DNA from: Camelus ferus
Taxonomy: Eukaryota
Length of the DNA stretch: 64,000 bases
Assembly: GCF_009834535.1 (NCBI RefSeq)
Contig: NC_045696.1
Span: 110,486,001 to 110,550,000, forward strand
Reading direction: 5' to 3'
The position numbers and the translations under genes were made by a program. The notes beneath the pieces were generated by a model. That model worked only from the letters and a program-made list of their open reading frames with translations. It did not search any database and had not been told where the DNA came from. This document shows, piece after piece, positions 56,501 through 64,000 of this stretch; within the stretch, counting starts at the first letter, position 1, and every line of letters starts with the position of its first letter.

Positions 56501-59500
56501 TCTTTATATTTTCCAACTCTTTGCTAAAAACTTCACTCTGTGCATCTATACTTCTCTTGAGGTCTCCGAACATCTTCGCCATTATTACTTTAAACTCTTT
56601 CTTGGATAAATTGCCTATCTCCTTGTCACTTATTTCTTCTTCTGGGATTTTTATCTTGTGCCTTGGCCTGGAAGGTATTCCTCTGCCGCTTCATATTGTC
56701 TTTCTTTCTATTTGTATTTTTAGATAGGTTAGTTATGTTTCTCAACCTTGGAGAAATGGCCTTCTGTGGGAGATGTCCTATGCGTCCCAGCAGTACACTC
56801 CTCTCTTGTTACCTAAGGGCCTGGGACCAGCCAGTCCCGGGGTAGTGTCTGGCTTGTATTTGCAAATTCCTTCCACAAGCTTTAGGATTGTTGTTTTCTT
56901 ATTTCTGGTATCTGCCCCCTGGTGGATGAGTCTGGACTAGAGGCTTATGCAGGTTTCCTGGCAGGAGGAGTTAGTGCCTGCCCACTGCTGGATGAAGCTT
57001 GGTCCTGGACCGCTGGTGGGTAGGGCTATTTCAAGAGGTTGGCTCTGAGCTCAGGAGGTCTGCTGATGGGTGGGGCTGTGTTCCCACCCAGTATGTTGTT
57101 TGGCCTGGAGCTTCCTAGCCTTTAAGCTTACAGGCTGTTGGGTGGGGCTAAGTCTTGGTGCTAATGAGCCAATCAAGATGTCAGCCTCCAGGAAAGCTCA
57201 CGTAAATGAATACTCCAGCAGTGTCTGCCACCAGCTTTTATGGCCCTGGGTGAGCCACTGCTCTCCCCTACCTACCCAGGACACCTTCCAAAACCAGCAG
57301 GCAAGTCTGGCCCAAGTTCCTATGAAATCACTGCCTCTGCCCTTGGACCTGGCACATGTGAGATTCTGTATATGTTTCCCAAGAGAATGAAGTCTTTATT
57401 TCCCCCAGTCCCATGGGGCTCCTGGAGTTAAGCCCCACTGGCCTTCAAACCCAGTTGTCCTGGGGTCTCCTCCTCCCAATGCTGGAACCCCGACTGGGGA
57501 GGCTGACGTTGGGCTCAGAACTCTCACTCCTGTGGGAGGGCCTCTGCAACTTAATTATTCTTTTGCTTGTGGGTCACCCACCTGGAGGATATGGGGCCTG
57601 ATTATATAGCGAGCATGGCCCTCCTACCAGCCTGCTGAGGTTTCCTCTTTATGTTTCCGGTTGAAGAAGATCTTTTTTGTTAGGCTCCAGTCTTTTTTCC
57701 CAGTGGTTGTTTAGCAGTCAGTTGTGGTTTTGTTGTATTTGCGAGGAGAGGCGAGCTCGTGATCCTACTATTCCGCAGTCTTGGCTAGAAATCAAGTGGT
57801 AACTTTTTTTTCACAATGGAATCCCCTGTGATTGTCTGTAATGGAGGGCACAAGTGAGAAGAGGATGAGAAATCAAGATGTTTGATGGAAGACTTCAGCT
57901 GTAGGTGGACTGCGTGGATTGGTTTCTGACACGCCTGGATAGCAGTGGTGTTTGCCCCAGATCGGAGGCTGTCAAGAGTACTCTAAAAAGGCAAATGATC
58001 TGTTTCAAAGAAGTCATGGCTTCAAATGAGGGTTAGTGCTCTAGAGAGGAGTCCCCCAGTTTTGTTTTATTTTTCTGTTGGGGGCTTTGGTGTAGATGAT
58101 AGCTTGGCTGTCAGCCTGCCTGATTCCTACCTGCTCACCCTAAAATGAAGCCTGTGTATTGACATGCGAGTGCTTAACAACCAGTTCATTTTTCAAAGGA
58201 GAGTCAGAATTGTCAGAGGAAACCAAGTAGCTTTGTTTTTTCATTCATAAATGTAAATGAGCAATCCAGGGAAGCATGCAGCACAGAAGAGAAATGTCAT
58301 ATACATCTGCTGAACTTCCTATCATGCACCAATTAAAATATTTGCAAAGAATTTGCAATAAAAGAAAATGCTTTATGATAAATTTAAAAAGCAGCCTATA
58401 GTTTTAAAGGAAAGATTGTCAACATTTTGTGTGGCAAGGAAAGCTATAATCATTTTGTGTCTGTAGAGCGTTCAAATCTGGAATATATCCACATCTAATA
58501 ATGTGAGCTTTTTCTTCCTTTAAAAATGTGTACTAACATCTGTAAAAACGTTTTATCCTGTAGAATGATTCTAAACAATACTAATCCCTGTTTGTGACAT
58601 CATACACATTTGAAACGATACTTGGAGAAAATTACCTTTTTCAAAATGGAAGGGGAGAAAGCCTATACAATTCTGTCCAATATTATTGTAACTAAGTTTA
58701 TAAAACCTAGAACAGTCATGTCTAGAATACAAGATTGTATCATATAATACAGCAACATCTTAATAGTACATATCTTTAGCTAGTAAGACTATTGATGACT
58801 TTTTCCTAATACTTTACATAATGTATTTTCCAGTTTTCTGTACTGGGAAAAAATAAACTTCATTTATGCTATTCTAATGACCTTCTGAAACTCTTCACAT
58901 ATCATAAAGTAAGAACATAAGAACCCATTATCTATTAAAACATTAAAAGGTAATTCTGCCTGTAGGAGTGATCTGGAGGGGGAATTGGTTGAAAGCAGTC
59001 AAGAGATACAAACTTCCAGCTAATAAGAAAGATAATTAGGGATGTAATGTATAACATGATTAATATAATTAACACTGCTGTATTTTGTATATGAATGATA
59101 AGAATTTTCATCACAAGAATTTTTTTTCCTATTCTTTAGTTTCATATCCTTATGAGAGGATGGATGTTCACTAAACTTATTGTGATAATCATTTCATGAT
59201 GTATGTAAGTCAGATTATTAAGCTGTATACCTTAAACTTATACAGAGCTGTATGTCATTATATTATCATAAGAAACTGAAAGAAGAAAAGAAATGAAAGA
59301 AAGGCAGCTCTTCCCATTCAAAATGGATAAGGAGTCCTAAAAATAGCATGTAGAACAGGAACTAGCAACATGACATATTACTCAGAACACACTTTTAACA
59401 TAATAACGTTAGTCACATTTTCCTACTGAGTCTAATAATATACTGTGGAAGAACTGTTGCTTCTTTCTTTCTAACAGACTTAAGTTTAAACTGAAAAACA

Positions 59501-62500
59501 TATTATATTATAAAACTATTTGTAGGCTCACATTTAAGATTCTGAACCAATATACTCCATAGCAGTATCTCAATCAGTGAATGAGGGAGTTAGATGTTAA
59601 AGGTGATATTTGGGGAGAATTGATCAGGCACCAAGCATATTTTCTGCTTTCCTTTTTCGCCAATAAACTTTTTCATATTTTAAGAACTACAGAAATCTTC
59701 TTTGTAATGAAGTATTTTAATTTTGACTCCTACCATACCACAAAAAGATTTTTCAGTCTCCATATGGATAGACTTTAGAACAGAAAGTATTAAACAACAC
59801 AAGGCTTTAAAATAATTATATGAACACTGGGAAATTTTAGCTTCTCAAAACTGTGGTATTATAGAGAGGTGGTCAGAGATGAGGAATTTGTACACGTATT
59901 ACATAACACATTTCTTATCAAACACAGTTGCTTTGCCTGTTCCTATGGCAATGCGACGGATGGAAATAATAAACAATCCTAAACAGGAAATCTTCCGAAG
60001 TAACTGACTTCCTGACAGAAATGACCAGTGCTGTTCATCCTGGTGCTTGTGAATGAACCATCCTTTATCTTCTTGAAGTTTTCACTAAATATAGCAATAC
60101 TCTAGACTAGTCATGGCTTCAACAAAAGGAACGTTTTTGCATGTTACCTGTATGACTAAGTTGGTAGAACAACTTTAGAAAATAATTTTATAATATGGAG
60201 CTTTGGCCATTGTTCATAGCCTTTCATCCAGTAATTCTACTACCCTATATGTAGGAAATAAGTACATAGAAGCTTTAATAGCAAAATATTGGAGAGTGCC
60301 ATTATAGTCCAGTATTTTAGTTCATCTTGATTCTTTTAGTTGCACAAATTAGATTATTGTTATTGTTTTATGTCACTAGTTTTTACATTTCAATTTACCC
60401 TATATCTTTCACTTTATTTACTATTCCTTCTTACAACCCAGATGTTTCTTCTAGGATCAAGTTCCTTTAATGAGAATCTGCTAGTAAACTTTTATCTTTG
60501 TTTTTTCCTTTTTTCTTTTTCGCTCGACAGAAGAGAAGTAATGATTCTCTCTATATCCATCAGATCCTTTAACCACTCACTATCCTTCTATTGAATTTCT
60601 GCGCTTCAGTCAAGAAAGGAGTAATTTCTTCAGAATTTTTTTCCAACTTATTATTTTTTCAGCTACAACTAATCTACTTTTCAACTTCGCATAGAGCAGT
60701 GGATCTCAAAATTTGAAATGTGTCAGTATTGCCTAGAGAGCTAGTTAAGGTTATAGAAGCAGATTCATCGAAGTAGGATGAGGCTCGGGCCCTTGTGTTT
60801 TACACAGTGATTCTGATACCCACTGAAGCTTGAGAACCACTGCCATTGAGTTTTGTTTGTTTGTTTTATTTTGTTGTTAATAAGTTCCTTTTTTTAATGG
60901 GAGGAGGTTTAAATTAAGGGCTTTTTTTTGGTTTTGTTTTTTTCCTTAGTGGAGGTAGTGGGATTGAACGCAGACCTCAGGCATGCTAGCCATGCAGTCT
61001 ACCACTGAGCTACACCCTCTCCCACTGCCACTGCGCTTTTAGATTTAACTACTGTGGTTTTTCTTTACCTCAAGTTGCATTCAAGTTATTTTTCAAATTT
61101 GGCCAGTTTTGATAGTCCTTTGTCATACTTTTAATTCCTTCCATTATTCTTGAAATCTATTGCACATAAATACTTTGTATTCTCTGTTTAGTCATTGTTC
61201 TGTCTGTCGTCTTGGGCAGTGTGATTCAGTTTTGTTGAACTACTGTGTTTGCTATTCTTGCTAATGGTGGCTTGTTACCTTCAGTGTTCAGTATTTTCTC
61301 ATTATGAACTCGTGTTCTTTGGAATCGAACTTTATCTGCAGGGATTATTTAAGGCTTTGGTTTAAAGCTCTTTCCTCCAGAGAGAATGTTTTTTCACTTC
61401 TGCCAGGGGCTTGCATGCACTGTCACCAGGAACACTGCAAACTTCATTTTTAGCTTGAGATTTTAGGGCCTGACAGGTCTATGAATTCAGATCTCAAACT
61501 TTGGTGAAGACAAGTTTCAGGTTAGAAATATTTCTTTTTTCTGTTCCATCCTATTTATGGCTTGTATTCCCATGGTCTACCACTAAGGAGTGGGTTTTTG
61601 TTGTTTTTTATTTTTTGCCACTTAGGTTTTGCCCATCAGGCATCCTGGATTTGGTGGAGGGAATTGGTGATCTCTGATCCTCCCTCTTGCCCTGTTTGGG
61701 GCATTTGGATTTGTTTCCTGACCCCTGCCTATATGGCCCATTGCAAACTATGACCCAGGCTAACACAGATCGGCCTACAACCCCAGACGAACTTGGCTCC
61801 AATGCTCACTCACACCTGAAGAGTCATATTTTTTTTCCCTGACCTGTGAGGACTTTCCTTATTTTCCTGCCAGTACAGCTATGCGTTACTAAATGTATTT
61901 TTTAAATAATTTTTTAAAATGTAACCACTATTTTTAGTTGTACTACCCTGGGAAGGGATTCTATGACCATCTAATGTGCCAGATTGCTGAAAATGGAACA
62001 CTCAAATCTTGATATAAGATTTTGGAAGGTAATTCTCTAATATCAAGGTAGCATAAATTTGTAAGGAGCAAACCTCCAGGATTTTTTATACTTCTATGTG
62101 TGGTTTTAGAAAGAAATATTACTGATAGAACAGCAGTTGGAAAGGTTTCTTCGCCTAAATATGTTTACTTTGAATATTAGCAGTTTATATGTATTTGCAA
62201 TATTAGCATTATTTACTTTTTGTATTAACTTTGGCTAATGAACTTTTTTTTCCTTTTATACTTTAAGGAGGTAATTGAGTTCTATGGTCAAAATGGAAAT
62301 TCAGTGGATAAGTGGAAAAAACCATTAGTGATTGATAAACTCAAGGTAAGAAAAATAGGAGAACCTTAAAATTGGAGAATTTCTATGCAGGTGTTTTTGA
62401 GAGACCTTTGTTGTTGCTGCTGCTGCTATATATGTAGAGGATAATTATATCAATTATAACTTTTTAAAAAGAAAGTTAAAAATAAAATCCATAATATACA

Positions 62501-63150
62501 AAGTAGGTTACAGTGTTTTGTGTAGCCTGTATGATAAAGACAAACTCATACAGCTGTTCAAAGAAAAAAATGCAGTTAACACTATGACGACCGTCTGTCA
62601 CTTAGTTGAGACTGAATTTTGAGGCAGGGCATTTGTCCCACATGGGCCCAATCCAAGTTTCATGTCTTCAGTTCTAACAGGAACACATGTTAGAAATTAA
62701 AATACTCAGAAAAGTATTTTTGGCATAATTATATTCAGATGTAGGCTATTTTATAATAACTATGATTCAGTAAGAAGTACTCAGGTTTTTCAGCCAAATC
62801 TATGAAACTTGAAGGAAAGTCACTTATTTAACCATGAAGAAATTGTTGATTTATAATGAATTAATAACTACTTGGTTTTGCGCACTGTAGGATACAATGA
62901 AATAAATAACTTCATAAGCTTAAACAACATAAATGCCAATATCTTTTAAAAATAAACTATTTTAGGTCATGATAAATTATGCTCACTCTGGCATATTCAT
63001 CACCTTGACAGGAAATGGCCAAAGCAGAAGGCCTCTGGAACTTGTTTTTGCCAGCTGTAAGTGGTCTCAGCCAGGTGGACTATGCCTTGATTGCTGAAGA
63101 AACAGGAAAATGCTTTTTTGCTCCAGATGTCTTTAACTGCCAAGCACCAG
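20426..63150 (+). CDS. ACAD11: Acyl-CoA dehydrogenase family member 11, coding exons 1-11 (gene continues beyond window): 20426-20574, 30439-30538, 31965-32090, 32953-33114, 34747-34911, 46397-46538, 46904-47025, 48785-48891, 49955-50081, 62268-62345, 63012-63150
   Basis: Frame is continuous across all GT-AG junctions. N-terminal APH-like kinase domain ([12 protein letters not shown]) is followed by the start of the ACAD domain (EGLWNLFLP...FNCQAP). Confidence 0.97.
21790..23330 (+). mobile_element. Ancient, heavily deleted L1 (L1ME-like) ORF2/3' remnant
   Basis: Motifs such as atctatagattcagtg, gaaatgcaaattaaaa and acagcaattctattccta occur in L1 order. Confidence 0.7.
23340..26350 (-). mobile_element. 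Long L2 LINE remnant, interrupted by an LTR
   Basis: Purine-rich strand with L2 hallmarks (ctcagttttggaatattaagtttcaaaatgcc, agacattcaagtggatatgt, catttgggagtcatt). Boundaries approximate. Confidence 0.7.
24752..25210 (+). mobile_element. Ancient ERVL-class solo LTR
   Basis: ~460 bp composition break inside the L2; the 3' end aataagtcgcttgcacacaaatc...tctcaggatctgcttc...aacctaaaata resembles ERVL LTR ends. Confidence 0.6.
26392..29610 (-). pseudogene. HSPA8P: Highly decayed processed HSPA8 (Hsc70) pseudogene in ACAD11 intron 1
   Basis: The minus strand gives collinear, intronless Hsp70 remnants: KVEIIAN (~29500), [13 protein letters not shown] (ORF 29256..29444), GEDFD-like (~28310), [15 protein letters not shown] (~27690), [35 protein letters not shown] (ORF 27100..27378). 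HSPA8-like 3' UTR end and a poly(A) remnant (T run 26392-26403); many stops and indels. Confidence 0.88.
28694..29260 (-). mobile_element. L1 (L1MB-like) 3' fragment inserted in the HSPA8 pseudogene
   Basis: Typical L1M 3' UTR motifs; 16-bp TSD GAGATGCTTTTAGTTT (28678-28693) versus GAGAAGCTGTTAGTTT (29261-29276). Confidence 0.88.
30439..30538 (+). CDS. ACAD11: ACAD11 exon 2
   Basis: [33 protein letters not shown]; tag| and |gtatgg. Confidence 0.95.
31965..32090 (+). CDS. ACAD11: ACAD11 exon 3
   Basis: [42 protein letters not shown]. Confidence 0.95.
32953..33114 (+). CDS. ACAD11: ACAD11 exon 4
   Basis: [54 protein letters not shown]. Confidence 0.95.
33267..33385 (-). mobile_element. Short L1 3' tail fragment
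   Basis: tttttattgaagtatagtcagttacaat...tttctggtgtacagcataatgtttcagtcatacat, an L1 3' end. Confidence 0.7.
33910..34110 (-). mobile_element. MIR SINE
   Basis: attattacttccattttgcagatgaggaaactgaggc core. Confidence 0.7.
34747..34911 (+). CDS. ACAD11: ACAD11 exon 5 (kinase catalytic loop)
   Basis: [55 protein letters not shown]. Confidence 0.95.
37761..37883 (-). mobile_element. tRNA-Ala-derived SINE (camelid vic-1-like)
   Basis: Minus strand reads GGGGAGGGTATAGCTCAGTGGTAGAGTGCACGCTTAGCAT...GGTTTGATCCCCAG (A and B boxes), then an AT-rich spacer and an AATTACCTCCCCC tail. Confidence 0.85.
38568..43644 (-). mobile_element. LINE-1 with 5' UTR, ORF1 and the 5' part of ORF2; 3' part missing; decayed
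   Basis: 5' end CCAAGATGGC near 43630. Endonuclease remnant [19 protein letters not shown] (ORF 40062..40442); RT remnant MNLDAKILN...[10 protein letters not shown] (ORF 38859..39131). Confidence 0.92.
43678..44173 (-). mobile_element. 5'-truncated L1 3'-end fragment
   Basis: L1 3' UTR and ORF2 tail motifs; flanking near-duplication GCAGCTG(G)TTT at 43668-43677 and 44174-44184. Confidence 0.8.
46397..46538 (+). CDS. ACAD11: ACAD11 exon 6
   Basis: [47 protein letters not shown]. Confidence 0.95.
46904..47025 (+). CDS. ACAD11: ACAD11 exon 7
   Basis: [40 protein letters not shown]. Confidence 0.95.
48785..48891 (+). CDS. ACAD11: ACAD11 exon 8
   Basis: [35 protein letters not shown]; |gtaagc. 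Confidence 0.95.
49955..50081 (+). CDS. ACAD11: ACAD11 exon 9
   Basis: [42 protein letters not shown]; |gtaagt. Confidence 0.95.
51634..57792 (-). mobile_element. Near-full-length (~6.1 kb) decayed LINE-1 in ACAD11 intron 9
   Basis: TSD CAAGTGGTAACTTTTTTT at 51616-51633 and 57793-57810. ORF1 coiled-coil remnant (56346..56582), EN (55229..55438), RT (53762..53989), C-terminal remnant (51978..52196). Confidence 0.95.
52002..52110. repeat. Compound (TA/TG/CA)n microsatellite expanded inside the L1
   Basis: tgtatgtatgtatatgtatgtgtgtatg...tatatatatatac. Confidence 0.85.
58970..59295 (+). mobile_element. L1MA-like 3' UTR fragment
   Basis: tacaaacttccagctaataag, gatgtaatgtataacatga, ctgtataccttaaacttatacag, then an A-rich tail. 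Confidence 0.7.
60696..60845. mobile_element. MER5-like element
   Basis: gcagtggatctcaaaattt...gtgattctgatacccactgaagcttgagaaccactg. Confidence 0.65.
60851..61021 (-). mobile_element. tRNA-Ala-derived SINE (vic-1-like) inserted at the end of a MER5 element
   Basis: TAGCTCAGTGGTAGA A box and GTTCAATCCC B box; TSD CCACTGCCATTGAG (60837-60850) versus CCACTGCCACTGCG (61022-61035). Confidence 0.85.
62268..62345 (+). CDS. ACAD11: ACAD11 exon 10
   Basis: [26 protein letters not shown]; aag| and |gtaaga. Confidence 0.93.
63012..63150 (+). CDS. ACAD11: ACAD11 exon 11
   Basis: [46 protein letters not shown]. Confidence 0.95.
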
Positions 63151-63524
63151 GTTACTATTACATTATTTAAAAACAGAATGTTCCTTAGATATTTTGAGCA
63201 GTGTTTAAAATTTTCCTGTTTTATGACAAGGAAGTTTTTTTCTGCACAAAGTCACTGATTTATAAATTTCTCTTTAATTTGGCTTTTCAGTTATCTTGAT
63301 TTAAATATTTAAAAGTGGATCTAAAGTACTCATTGGGTTATTCTTTTGTTAAACATCATTACATTAAGAATATTAGTGAATAGAAGTCACCACCCAAGGA
63401 ATTAGCAATATGAGGTTTTCAGTTTACTGATCGTGTATTGAATATTTCTATGGTTAGTCAGAATGGATAGATTTCTAAATCTTTTGTTTAGCCTCACTGT
63501 CTCTCCATTTACTTACCAATTATT

Positions 63525-64000
63525 TATTTATTATTTACTATATGCCAAGTACTGTTTTAGAAACTTGGGATTTATCATGGAATAAAATACACAAAGATTC
63601 CTGACCTCATGGTGCTGACACTCTAACGAAGAGAGACAAAAATAAACAATAGATAGATAAGAAAATTATACAGTAAGTTTGAAGCTGAAAAGTGGTTTGG
63701 GGAAAAGAAAATCCAGCAGTGTAGGAGAGCTGAGGGATAGGGAACGTGGATTACAATAAGATGGAATGGTTGGGAATGTCATTGGGAAAATGACATTCAG
63801 TTAAGATAAAGAAGGTGAGAGAGTTAGCCATGCTGGTATCAGGGCTAAGCGTTTTCCTAACATAAGGAGCAGAAAATGCAAAGGCCCTAAACAAGAGCAT
63901 GATTGGTGTATTTCAGGAACAGTGAAGGAGGCCATTGTGGCTGGAGAGAATAGCAGAAGGTATCAGAGAGGAAAGGGCCTTATATGCTGGGACTTAACGG
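63525..64000 (-). mobile_element. L2 3' fragment (runs off window)
   Basis: ttactatatgccaagtactgttttag, cctgacctcatggtgctgacactcta, tgcaaaggccctaa, gaggccattgtggctggag. Confidence 0.72.

Noticed and set aside
50082..64000. Nested ACKR4 (CCRL1) gene known from ACAD11 introns
   Set aside because: No GPCR-length ORF is present in the window; it should lie further downstream.

Overview
Mammalian genomic DNA, most likely a camelid because it carries two tRNA-Ala-derived vic-1-like SINEs. It covers the conserved NPHP3-UBA5-ACAD11 locus: the last coding exon and 3' UTR of NPHP3 (+), all 12 coding exons of UBA5 (-, 4749-19625), a CpG-island bidirectional promoter, and coding exons 1-11 of ACAD11 (+, from 20426, continuing past the window end). 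The most notable anomaly is one extra base in UBA5 exon 7 (CC at 8580-8581). It frameshifts this essential E1 enzyme before its catalytic cysteine and is either an assembly error or a null allele. The ACAD11 introns hold an ancient processed HSPA8 pseudogene with nested insertions, a 3'-truncated L1, a TSD-flanked near-full-length L1 with a non-L1 3' tail, and a small L1 3' transduction ending at a captured MLT1 poly(A) signal. I found no convincing new biological system. Exon boundaries were derived by hand from GT-AG sites and reading frame. Repeat family names and human comparisons are from memory, not database searches.
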